A DNA stretch of 64,000 nucleotides from assembly GCA_043801855.1 (NCBI GenBank), contig JAZDLQ010000019.1, forward strand, positions 384 through 64,383. The letters are read 5' to 3'. This DNA is from an archaeon (lineage in GTDB: Archaea > Nanobdellota > Nanobdellia > Woesearchaeales > GW2011-AR15). Below are positions 46,400 to 55,381 of the stretch, piece after piece; position 1 is the stretch's first letter; each line of letters begins with the position of its first letter. The notes beneath the pieces were generated by a model. It had not been told where the DNA came from. It saw nothing but the letters and a program-made list of their open reading frames with translations, and ran no database searches. Made by a program: the position numbers and the translations under genes.

Positions 46400-47379
46400 A
46401 TGAATAAAGCACAATTAACAGGTGTTGTTTCAAGCATACCCAGTTACTATTTTTTTCCAAAAAAAAAATATTTGGCTTAGATAATACTGAATATGATCAT
46501 TTAGATAAACCCGAAAGAGAAAAATGCATAAGGACTCTGTTAGAACCAAAATATAGTATTGTAGCATCACGGGAGTTTTCTCCAGATTTACTATATCTTG
46601 CACATGCCCCTGATTATATTGAATTTGTTAGAGCACATAATAGATCTGGATTGGTATCAAAAGCTGATTGCCAAGGATATCTCCAGGATAGTGACTCATT
46701 TGTTTGGCTTGATGAAAACACATTTGATGCTGCCAAAAACTCTGTTGATACTGCTTTGACAGCAGCTACTTTAATATATAATAATCAAACAGACATTGCT
46801 TATGCCCTGTGCCGACCATCAGGTCATCACGCAGGTAAAAATAAGATGGGAGGATATTGCTATTTTAATAATACGGCAATAGCTTCATTATATTTAAGGA
46901 ATTTTGGATTCAATGTTGGGATAATTGATATTGACAGGCATGCAGGAAATGGCACACATGAAATCATTCTTGGACAGAATAAAATATATTTTGTTTCTTT
47001 ACACATAACAACAACATACCCTTGGAGATATTCGCACAATGATAGATATAATAATGATGAACAAAATGTAAAAATTTATCCCATAGATGAAAACGAATCA
47101 ACTGACAGTTATATTAAAAAGTACTATTCTGGACTTGAATTATTAGTTGGCAAAGGTGCTGAAGTACTTGTAATTTCTTTAGGCCTAGATACATCTATAC
47201 ATGATTTGCAAACATTGGCTGACACAGGAACTTTTGGTTTACAAACAAGTTATTACGAACGACTCGGAAAAATGGCAGCAAACCATAATAGAAAAGTCTT
47301 GGTTATTCAGGAAGGAGGGTACAATCTGGCACATTTATCAGAAAACTTAGGGGCATTTTTAACAGGTTTAACAATGTAG
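46400..47379 (+). pseudogene. Histone deacetylase/acetylpolyamine amidohydrolase-family gene interrupted by a frameshift at an A10 run
   Basis: RPSGHHAGKNKMGGYCYFNN, IDIDRHAGNGT, SLGLDT and QEGGYN. ATG 46400 is in a different frame and stops at TAG 46478. The domain frame has no ATG until TTG 46651. Confidence 0.6.
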
Positions 47380-47380
47380 T

Positions 47381-47794
47381 CTATTTAACTTGTCTTTCTC
47401 CAATTTCTTCAGAGAACCTTAATAGATAACCATCAGGATCTTGTACGAGAAATTCCTTATTTCCCAATAATGTATCCCCTTTTCTGTACCAGTTTTCTTT
47501 AGGTTTCAGAAAAAGAGGATACTTTTTGTTATTTAAGGAAATTAAAATTGGCTGGATGCTTTTTACATCAATTTGAAAATTTATACCCCTTCCATAAGGG
47601 TATTCAAGTGTGCCAGTATTCCAGTTATTGTTTACCTGTTCAATCATTATTTGACTGCCTTCAAAAGATAGAAAGGCAAATTTATTTTCTTTTCTCATAT
47701 ATTCGATGTTAAAACCCAATATTTCTGTATAAAAGGACAAGCTTTTTTCAAAATCTGATACACTTAATTCAGGGATAAGTTTGTTGAATTTCAT
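47381..47794 (-). CDS. Glyoxalase/bleomycin-resistance (VOC) family protein
   Basis: LSVSDFEKSLSFYTEILGFNIEY...FLSFEGSQIMIEQ...FLVQDPDGYLLRF. Confidence 0.7.
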   Translation of the reverse strand: MKFNKLIPELSVSDFEKSLSFYTEILGFNIEYMRKENKFAFLSFEGSQIMIEQVNNNWNTGTLEYPYGRGINFQIDVKSIQPILISLNNKKYPLFLKPKENWYRKGDTLLGNKEFLVQDPDGYLLRFSEEIGERQVK

Positions 47795-47962
47795 TACTTC
47801 ACTCTGTAATTACTACTCCTTTTTCAATTTTTAGATTTTCTGTTTAACGAAGATACTGAATATTTATGAATATTACACTAATTTATGTTTCAATATGCGG
47901 GCTTCCACCCCCATAAAATATGGATTTGCTAGCAAACTCAACTATACAATTGACTGGGTATA

Positions 47963-48406
47963 TTAACAGTGATAGTTTCTGATACATCCTCTCATGTCTT
48001 TCATTGTCTTCAATAATCTTTTCCTATTCTCATCAGTATATGGTACTACAAACGGCTCCCCTGTCGAATACTGCAGCAGGCCAAACCCTGGCTTTTCTTT
48101 ATAGTGCTCTTCCATTAGCAGGCAATAAGACATCAACTGCATTACATGGCTTAAATACGGCTCTTTAGGCCTTCTGGAGCTCTTGATCTCCATAGGGATG
48201 CGCTTGCCATCAATGACAAGTATCTTGTCCATCTTCCCTGCAAGCAGGTATTTTTGGGAATAGAAAGGCCTTTCGGTGATTATTGTGTGGTCGGAATATA
48301 TGGACCCTGATTTGAATATCAATGGATGGATTTCCTGCTTCTGCTGCAGAACCTTCAAAAGGATCCAGATAATTGCAAGGATTAGAAGAATTAGGACTAT
48401 GCTCAT
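47963..48406 (-). CDS. C-terminal half of a split Cas4-like PD-(D/E)XK nuclease, with an N-terminal TM helix
   Basis: TM IVLILLILAIIWILL, then AGKMDKILVIDGKRIPMEIKSS (D...ExK) and QLMSYCLL (QxxxY). ATG 48406 overlaps the upstream stop (ATGA). The ORF-track GTG is at 48415. Confidence 0.5.
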   Translation of the reverse strand: MSIVLILLILAIIWILLKVLQQKQEIHPLIFKSGSIYSDHTIITERPFYSQKYLLAGKMDKILVIDGKRIPMEIKSSRRPKEPYLSHVMQLMSYCLLMEEHYKEKPGFGLLQYSTGEPFVVPYTDENRKRLLKTMKDMRGCIRNYHC

Positions 48407-48663
48407 AACAGCCACCTTATGAATAAATACAGAAGTATCAGGACAATCACAGCTAGTACTATGTTTTTGCCAAATTCAAGGCCCCGTGCAGACTCGTACC
48501 TCTGCTGGTAATCCTCGTGGAATTTCTCTCCCTTAATCATCTGCTCTGTGACTGTGGTTCCTTCTGTCCGGGACTGCCACCAAAGCTTAGGATCATAAAC
48601 ATACTGGGCAATTTCGCTAGACCGGATTACAAGATTATCTTTTTGGATACCCATAACTGTCAT
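48403..48663 (-). CDS. N-terminal half of a split Cas4-like nuclease, with a C-terminal TM helix
   Basis: IRSSEIAQYVYDPKLWW resembles the Cas4 N-terminal helix, with Asp where the Fe-S Cys normally sits. GEKFHEDY follows. C-terminal TM IVLAVIVLILLYLFI. Confidence 0.45.
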   Translation of the reverse strand: MTVMGIQKDNLVIRSSEIAQYVYDPKLWWQSRTEGTTVTEQMIKGEKFHEDYQQRYESARGLEFGKNIVLAVIVLILLYLFIRWLL

Positions 48664-48761
48664 TATAAGGATTTGATTTAATTATTTATTGATATAGGCA
48701 AATGACAAAGATTAAGGTTTTAATGACCAGTGGATAAGAATATTTAAAATTAGTACCGAAT

Positions 48762-51083
48762 CTATTCATTTTCCTGTGTAATTCTATGCTCATCTTTTTC
48801 TGGCATGAAAATTTTTTCTTTTGTCAATGGTAATATACATTTATCAATATCTGGTGATGTGATGTACCCATCATTCATATTTATGAGTTGTTCAAAAGCA
48901 ATTTCAAATTCCTTGTTCCTTTTTTCTAGGACGTCATAATTGTCTTTGTCTTCAACAAGTGATCCTAATTTTATCAATTCATCGAGATTTATGCAGCAGA
49001 ATTTAATTGACTCCAATCTTTTATATAGGTTACTACGATCTTCTTCCTTCTCTATTTTTTTCTGCAAAATTTGTTTTATTTTTAAAAAATCATCTTTGTG
49101 AGTATTTGATGTAACAAAAAGATAGTAACCCAATTTACCTTCTTCATAAGTATTCTCCTGGGAAATAGATTTTAAAATATATTTAATGTCTTTGCCGATT
49201 CCTCCTTTGTTTTTATTTGCGTATTTACTAAGCTTGGTATCATCATATCTCTTTGCATCCCAAAGCGCAAATTTTTTATCGTCTTTGTTAAATCCTATGA
49301 TTCCATCAGGTAAATTTTTTCCTCCCCATTTTGCTGAACTGGAAAACAAATAGCTTAACACATTGAATGTCAACCATTCAAATTCGTTTCCTTTTCTGGA
49401 GTTTACTAAAAGCGTGTTTTGTTTTTTAAAGCTCCTTAATTTATTTAGAGACTCCAAGAATGCCACTTCTTTCTTCTCAGTGTATTTTGTATCCATTGCA
49501 GCTTTCTTAATTAAATCAATAATACTAGCACTATCAGCAGTATATACTACCTCAACAAAGTCAGACGCGTCTATCTGATGTATATATTTAAGATCATTTT
49601 TCATTTCGCCTCTAAAATTAACAACAAAAAGTGGTAATGGGCAGAGCCTGAAGTTGTTAAGGACAGGCTCGTACAAACCTGTGAGGTTTAAATATATGTT
49701 AATTTCTGGCAAGCCTGCTATTACAACTTTTTGTAGCTCGAATTGATTATCATAAAATGCTTTTTTTAGTCTCCGATATCTGATTTTGCTTTTCATTAGT
49801 TTTTTCTTAAAGTCATCCTTTAGCTTATTAAGGTCATAACTAAATCGTAAACCATTTGGTATTCTAATAGGGTGTTTATTTCCACAAGTAGGGCAAGTCT
49901 TTGTCAAAAAGGCAGATCCTTTGCATTTCCTTGTGTGCCAGCAAATATATAGATATCTGTCAGTTTTATCTTTAATTAAGCCTAGTGTGTCCAATTGCTT
50001 TATAACTAGAGAGTATGCTTTGTTTGCCAACTCGTCCTTTTTAATGCAACAAGACATGAAAAGTTCTTGCATTAAATTTTTGCTTGGAATATTGTCCGCA
50101 TCAACAATTTTTGTTCCAATCGGTAAATCAAGTAATTCCAGTTCCTTTATTAGATTTGCATCCTTGTTTGTACTTAGTATTCTAGGCAGAATGCCATCTT
50201 CGCTGTACTCAAATTTTATAAAATTATATCGACCATCTTTCCTTCGGATTTTAAGGTAGTCAATATATGAAAGATTGAATTTGTCTGGATTTAGTATCTT
50301 TTTTTGATCCAAAAGAGCTCTAAGATATTCTCTTGCATCTCTATCTTTTGGTTTAATGACAATTTGATCCCCATTGGCAAAATCTGTTCTTTTCAACCCA
50401 ATCTCAACAAGTTCTAGATTTGTTGCTGACATTATTTTTTGAGTAAATGAATTCCAAAAAATATCTTTGTGCAACATAGTAGGAACAAACTCTGTTCTTG
50501 TCTCTTCCTGTAATACTAAATTGAAATAATATAAAACCTTAGGCGGAATGTGATTTATATATAGATGGTGATTCTTCTTGTCAAGATAGACTGCAGATAG
50601 AAAATTTATAGCTTTGTCATCGGGTTTAATCAGGTTATGAATTCCAACCTTTGATCCCTTTCTTAAGACATAAATGATTGTAAGTACGTAAGTTTCGCTG
50701 CTCCAGTGAAACTTAACAGCATATTTGTCAGTCTCAAAAATTTTAGCTGTTCTCCTGCACGACCTTCTTACTTGCCGAATAAATTCGTCATTGGAGAATG
50801 TTTCATCTACTTTAAAATCATAATGATCTTCGTCATTATTTGCAAAAAAGGTTTTATAATGAGCATAAAGGATTGAACTTTGTAATGGATATCCTTCCTT
50901 ATATGAGGGTTCCACTGTTTTTATCAATTCCATGTTGTCTTGTATATAATCCTTGATCTCCTGAAGAGTAAATTTGGTGCCATAGCCCAGCCTTCTAAAT
51001 ACCTCAATAAGACCCTTTTCCTGGGTGGATAATTTAAAATCTTTTTTCTTTACCATAATAGTTATCCGCATGAATGCTGACAT
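48762..51083 (-). CDS. Large nuclease with N-terminal wHTH-like regions, a central zinc ribbon and a FokI-like C-terminal cleavage domain
   Basis: CWHTRKCKG...CPTCGNKH. C-terminal NEFEWLTFNVLSYLF..WGGKNLPDGIIGFNKDDKKFALWDAKRY..YYLFVTS parallels FokI ILEMKVMEFFMKVYG..GGSRKPDGAIYT..GVIVDTKAY..FLFVSG (FokI sequence from memory). Confidence 0.6.
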   Translation of the reverse strand: MSAFMRITIMVKKKDFKLSTQEKGLIEVFRRLGYGTKFTLQEIKDYIQDNMELIKTVEPSYKEGYPLQSSILYAHYKTFFANNDEDHYDFKVDETFSNDEFIRQVRRSCRRTAKIFETDKYAVKFHWSSETYVLTIIYVLRKGSKVGIHNLIKPDDKAINFLSAVYLDKKNHHLYINHIPPKVLYYFNLVLQEETRTEFVPTMLHKDIFWNSFTQKIMSATNLELVEIGLKRTDFANGDQIVIKPKDRDAREYLRALLDQKKILNPDKFNLSYIDYLKIRRKDGRYNFIKFEYSEDGILPRILSTNKDANLIKELELLDLPIGTKIVDADNIPSKNLMQELFMSCCIKKDELANKAYSLVIKQLDTLGLIKDKTDRYLYICWHTRKCKGSAFLTKTCPTCGNKHPIRIPNGLRFSYDLNKLKDDFKKKLMKSKIRYRRLKKAFYDNQFELQKVVIAGLPEINIYLNLTGLYEPVLNNFRLCPLPLFVVNFRGEMKNDLKYIHQIDASDFVEVVYTADSASIIDLIKKAAMDTKYTEKKEVAFLESLNKLRSFKKQNTLLVNSRKGNEFEWLTFNVLSYLFSSSAKWGGKNLPDGIIGFNKDDKKFALWDAKRYDDTKLSKYANKNKGGIGKDIKYILKSISQENTYEEGKLGYYLFVTSNTHKDDFLKIKQILQKKIEKEEDRSNLYKRLESIKFCCINLDELIKLGSLVEDKDNYDVLEKRNKEFEIAFEQLINMNDGYITSPDIDKCILPLTKEKIFMPEKDEHRITQENE

Positions 51084-51132
51084 TGATGTTGTTGATGAAG
51101 GATACAGCCTCTCATGAGAAGCCTTTGGTTAA

Positions 51133-51161
51133 TTGAAACATCCTTGTTTTTCATGTTTCAA
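51133..51161 (-). terminator. Hairpin TTGAAACAT-N11-ATGTTTCAA overlapping the stop of the Cas4-like gene
   Basis: 9-bp arms at 51133-51141 and 51153-51161. Confidence 0.4.
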
Positions 51162-52117
51162 CTTTCAAATAAATCGCTTGCAAAAACCGAGTCACCGCCA
51201 TTTGGATAACATATTTTTTTATATTTGCAAACCTGGTTTCCTGCAAGGCATCGTGTTTCGTTTAAAGGATAATTTTCAATTGCTGCAATATTATTTACAG
51301 GATCAACAAGAAGTGATTTCATTGCAGAAATACCGTTTTTTATAATTGTTTTACAGGATTCAATATCTGCTTCGTTTACTATTCTTTCTTCTGGTTCAGA
51401 CATTCTATTTAGATTAAACAGAACAACTTTTATTTTGTCTAAAGGAAATTTCCATTTGTCAAGGCAATATAACGCATAAACGTTTAGCTGCAGCTTCTCT
51501 TTTTCTTCATCACTGTTATTACCTGTTTTCCAGTCATAAATATGAACTTCATCTGTTCTAAGCCTTGCAAAATCAATTTTTAAGTAAATCTGTGTTCCAT
51601 CAAGCATGAAAGACTGGGGCTTATCATCATCTATAAACCTGTATTCTGAGATTGGAATGGCTCTAACATGTGCATAAAAATCTGACTGTAAAAAATTCAG
51701 GATGCATCTTGTAGCCCTATCAAAAATTAATGCAATATCCCTTTCTTCAACTAAAAGATGGTACTCGTGGCACAATAGACTGCATGATTTTCGCTTAACT
51801 TTATATAACCCAGCTTCTGAACTTCGCATATCTGCCTTCATTTTATTGACCATTGATTCAACCAGTGCATCCGGGTTTATAGACATTTTAGATCTTGTTT
51901 TAATAAGGATTTGCCGTATCTGGTCGTGAATAACTTCTCCAACCCACATCTCCAGCGGTTTCATGTTCTTTAACATATCAATCTGCTTTACTTCTTCAGT
52001 TGCGCCTGATTCCCATGCACCCCAGAAGCCATACTTGTCATAATAGTATTTTCTCCTGCATTCATTAAACGCTTCCTGAGTTGATTTCGACCATGAAAAT
52101 GTGTTTGTAAAAACCAT
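51158..52117 (-). CDS. Cas4/RecB-like PD-(D/E)XK nuclease with a Cys cluster
   Basis: FNECRRKYYYDKY, LKIDFARLRTDEVHIYDWKTG, QLNVYALYCL and C-terminal CLAGNQVCKYKKIC. Confidence 0.65.
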   Translation of the reverse strand: MVFTNTFSWSKSTQEAFNECRRKYYYDKYGFWGAWESGATEEVKQIDMLKNMKPLEMWVGEVIHDQIRQILIKTRSKMSINPDALVESMVNKMKADMRSSEAGLYKVKRKSCSLLCHEYHLLVEERDIALIFDRATRCILNFLQSDFYAHVRAIPISEYRFIDDDKPQSFMLDGTQIYLKIDFARLRTDEVHIYDWKTGNNSDEEKEKLQLNVYALYCLDKWKFPLDKIKVVLFNLNRMSEPEERIVNEADIESCKTIIKNGISAMKSLLVDPVNNIAAIENYPLNETRCLAGNQVCKYKKICYPNGGDSVFASDLFES

Positions 52118-52194
52118 GCTAAATTACAAATCTTCATTAATATTTAAATATATCTATACAATATTATAGAATAGTTAGATTTATATAGAATTAA

Positions 52195-53280
52195 ATGTTT
52201 CTAACTGTTATGGCTAGGAGAACTAAAGAAAAACTTCTCATTGATATTCTTGACCAGCTTAAACAAAGGGAGAGTAGCATCAACGACTTGGTAAAAGACT
52301 CAAATTGGTCTACAATCAGAGATGCTGTATATCTTTTGAAAGAGCTTGGCCTTGTTGATATCAGAGAAGAAAAAAATGCGCAAGTATGTTCACTAAAGAA
52401 GGGGGTAGATGTAGATATGGAGGGAACTGTCAACAGTAACACATTATTTAAAATTCCTATAACTGAGGAACAAAATAACCTGTTTTCTTTTGTTTTTTCA
52501 GAGATTAAAAAAAAATTCATTGAAAAATGGAACCGCGAGCCAAAAACAACCGAAGCAGAAAAAATTGCGGCTGAAGTTATTTATGATATGAAATTAAATC
52601 TGCCTATAGGATGGTATCTGCATGGGATGATACCTGCAAAAAAATATGAAACTTCACAGATTTATGTGTTTAAAGAACCTGTTAATCACAAAGAAATTAA
52701 TAAAGAAATCCATAAAAAAATAGAAGAGTATGGAAAATACCAATATATTAATGACTTGATAAGGGCGCAATACAAAAAGCATCAGAATAAATTATACCAA
52801 ATAAAAGAAGAACTCAAAAAAATAATTATGCCATCAGTTGACCTTAATAACCTTGAAACAAAAACAACTCTGTTAAAATTTATGAGGCATTTATTGTTTG
52901 AGCTGCCAAGAAAAGAAGATGCATCGGAATTATGTGAAATCGTTAATAATTATGTAAGCATCATGGACGAGATTTTCTTAAGCAGCATCGACTTAAACCA
53001 GTACAAAGTTGACTTGTTTACAACCTTTGAATCTATCTGGCAGTACATTGCCACGTATAATTTTTTTGATTCATTGGCTGAATATTACGATAGGATAATC
53101 CTATACCGATATTTTTATTCTCCATTAGAATCTGCTAAAGATGTTGCTGTTGAAAGTGTAAAAATATTGGCAGACCTGTGCCCTCCGTTAAAAGAAATGC
53201 CTGAACTGAATATTGAATCAGATACCGAGGAAATAATCCGTAAGTCATACCAGGATATGCAGATGACTAAAGAGCAATAA
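52195..53280 (+). CDS. Hypothetical protein with an N-terminal wHTH
   Basis: ILDQLKQRESSINDLVKDSNWSTIRDAVYLLKELGLVDI. The remainder is helical with no motif. Confidence 0.45.
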   Translation: MFLTVMARRTKEKLLIDILDQLKQRESSINDLVKDSNWSTIRDAVYLLKELGLVDIREEKNAQVCSLKKGVDVDMEGTVNSNTLFKIPITEEQNNLFSFVFSEIKKKFIEKWNREPKTTEAEKIAAEVIYDMKLNLPIGWYLHGMIPAKKYETSQIYVFKEPVNHKEINKEIHKKIEEYGKYQYINDLIRAQYKKHQNKLYQIKEELKKIIMPSVDLNNLETKTTLLKFMRHLLFELPRKEDASELCEIVNNYVSIMDEIFLSSIDLNQYKVDLFTTFESIWQYIATYNFFDSLAEYYDRIILYRYFYSPLESAKDVAVESVKILADLCPPLKEMPELNIESDTEEIIRKSYQDMQMTKEQ

Positions 53281-53293
53281 CAGAGACTATAAA

Positions 53294-53947
53294 ATGGATG
53301 CAATAATCAAAGAAGGCGACATATTGTTTCTTGACACTGGCGTTATTTTCGGTTATGCAGCTGAAAATGACACTTTTTCTACTATATGCAAAGATTTCTT
53401 TTTTACCTACAAAAATAAGATGATTACATGCAAATATATCACTGATAAAGAATTGCCAAAACTTCTTGAACGAAGAAGGATTCTAAGAGAAGAAGTCAGG
53501 ATAAAACTTTGGGATAGTTCATTCCAGATAGGAAGGTCTCCTAAACTCAAACAGCGGGATATCGATATAGGCAATAAATTATGCAAGCTGAAAAACCAGC
53601 AGGGAATGACTGCTGAGAAAATTTATTCAATGCTGCATAAGATAGACACCACAATTGAGCAAAGGGTAAAATTCATCTTAGATAACCATATTTCAGAGAG
53701 TGTACTATTGATTGAAAAGATTAATATTAAACTGCGGGATCATATTCATGCTGGACTTGGAAATTTTGATGATGCAAATATTATGGCAAGTGCTTTGCAG
53801 CATAATTCTGTTTCTGCACTGAAAGTAATTACGACAGACAATAATGACTGGCCCAAAGTGCATGAAATAATGAAAACATATAAAGAAAAATGTGATGTTC
53901 CTGAAATTTATTATATTAAGGATTTGAAAATTGAGAAAATATCTTGA
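53294..53947 (+). CDS. PIN-like nuclease domain protein
   Basis: ILFLDTGVIFGY (first Asp), GNFDDANIMASAL and KVITTDNNDW (distal acidic residues). Confidence 0.5.
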   Translation: MDAIIKEGDILFLDTGVIFGYAAENDTFSTICKDFFFTYKNKMITCKYITDKELPKLLERRRILREEVRIKLWDSSFQIGRSPKLKQRDIDIGNKLCKLKNQQGMTAEKIYSMLHKIDTTIEQRVKFILDNHISESVLLIEKINIKLRDHIHAGLGNFDDANIMASALQHNSVSALKVITTDNNDWPKVHEIMKTYKEKCDVPEIYYIKDLKIEKIS

Positions 53948-55115
53948 TAAGAAAAAAAAATTGAAACCTCTTACTGAATTAATTTCTGAGTTGGATGTAG
54001 TATTTAATAGCAATTTAACTTTTTATTTTCAATTTAAAAAAGACTTTGAAGCATCTGCAAAGCAGAAAACAGAGGTATGGAATTCTGATTGGACAACTTA
54101 TACGGATTTAATTGAAAAAAACATGGTACTACTAAACTCCATTTTAATCCTAAGAAGAAATAGAGAGTACAACTCTGCTCTGTCAAGTTTAAGAGCAGCA
54201 TTTGAAAATATGCTTTTCTATAGACTGTATATTAATGGTAAAAAAGCCTATGCATATCGAATTTACAATATAAAACCTGAAAAAAATGAGAATCCTATTG
54301 CAAGAGACATAACATTAAAAAAATGGTTAATTGAACTAAAAAGATGGAAAGACACCAAAGATAATGCTTTAAAAAATTATGAAAATACAGTGGAAATCAC
54401 AAAAATGTATAAAGATAAAATTATGATTAAATTATATTTAGAAGGTGTATATGAAATCAATGATACAGAAAAGAAAAGACATTGGATGACTTATTATCAA
54501 ATGATTTTTCACGAATATGATCCTATAAACCGTTTTACTGGTGATTTACCAACAATCAAAGAGAATATGATGTTCCCGGAAATTGTAGAAGAAAAAACAA
54601 AGATTAACAAAATATTATATGATAGACATTTTAATTTTGAAAAAGGTTTATTAGCTGCATGGGAGCTTAACGGATTTGTAAATCAAATACAAAAAGATAT
54701 TGTAAGAGTGCATTATAATTTTTTAAGTCTTTTTGTTCATCCGAATAAATATCAGAATAGCATCTTAGCATATGAAATAGATTATAATAATACCAAACTG
54801 CCTCAAATAAAAGAAGATAAAGTAATAGAGCTATTAATTACGTTGTACATTATAAAAATCCAAGAAATTTTATTAAATACAATTTTTGATAGACTTAGTG
54901 GTATATGTAAAATATCATCATTTGAGGATTTTTCAAACCAGTTAAAAATAAATTGTTCTTTAGCTGATTTACTATGGTTTATTTATGATGAACCTACGGA
55001 TAAAGATAAAGAGTTTTTCAACACAATGAAAGTCTTTAACAAGTCTACAAAAAAGACTGTTGGATATTACGATAATCCATTAGAAAGGTTAAAAAAAGTA
55101 TTTGGATACAGATAA
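53931..55115 (+). CDS. Hypothetical helical protein (weak AbiV/DUF5677-like N-terminus)
   Basis: TTG start overlapping the PIN gene by 17 nt. LILRRNREYNSALSSLRAAFENMLFYRLY. No catalytic motif recognised. Confidence 0.4.
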   Translation: MRKYLDKKKKLKPLTELISELDVVFNSNLTFYFQFKKDFEASAKQKTEVWNSDWTTYTDLIEKNMVLLNSILILRRNREYNSALSSLRAAFENMLFYRLYINGKKAYAYRIYNIKPEKNENPIARDITLKKWLIELKRWKDTKDNALKNYENTVEITKMYKDKIMIKLYLEGVYEINDTEKKRHWMTYYQMIFHEYDPINRFTGDLPTIKENMMFPEIVEEKTKINKILYDRHFNFEKGLLAAWELNGFVNQIQKDIVRVHYNFLSLFVHPNKYQNSILAYEIDYNNTKLPQIKEDKVIELLITLYIIKIQEILLNTIFDRLSGICKISSFEDFSNQLKINCSLADLLWFIYDEPTDKDKEFFNTMKVFNKSTKKTVGYYDNPLERLKKVFGYR

Positions 55116-55381
55116 TAATTTGATTATATAGAGAAGGACAAATTAGTGTGAGTAATAATATATCTCTTCGAAAATTATGCACGCTAATGCATTTTTCTTC
55201 AGAAAAAACAGTTTGCTAAAAAAGAGTAAAAATTTCGACGGGAGAGAATATTCGTAAAGAATAATTTCACACTTCCCCCAGTTCATCCAATCCCTTAAGT
55301 ATTTTATTTTCCAGTTCAATTATTTTCTTTTTAATTATTTCAGGCTTTTAGTGGCAATAATCCACTTTAGGTAATCGTCTA

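Noticed and set aside
47890-47940. A GC-rich patch (GCGGGCTTCCACCCCC) and the 12-nt palindrome TTTGCTAGCAAA, considered as a tRNA fragment or att site
   Set aside because: No cloverleaf arms or T-loop consensus can be drawn, and no matching repeat was found elsewhere in the window.
55267-55347. A 26-codon open stretch downstream of hsdR reading KPEIIKKKIIELENKILKGLDELGEV
   Set aside because: It has no start codon, with an in-frame stop immediately upstream. It is probably a relic of a decayed coiled-coil gene end or chance. It is too short to call.
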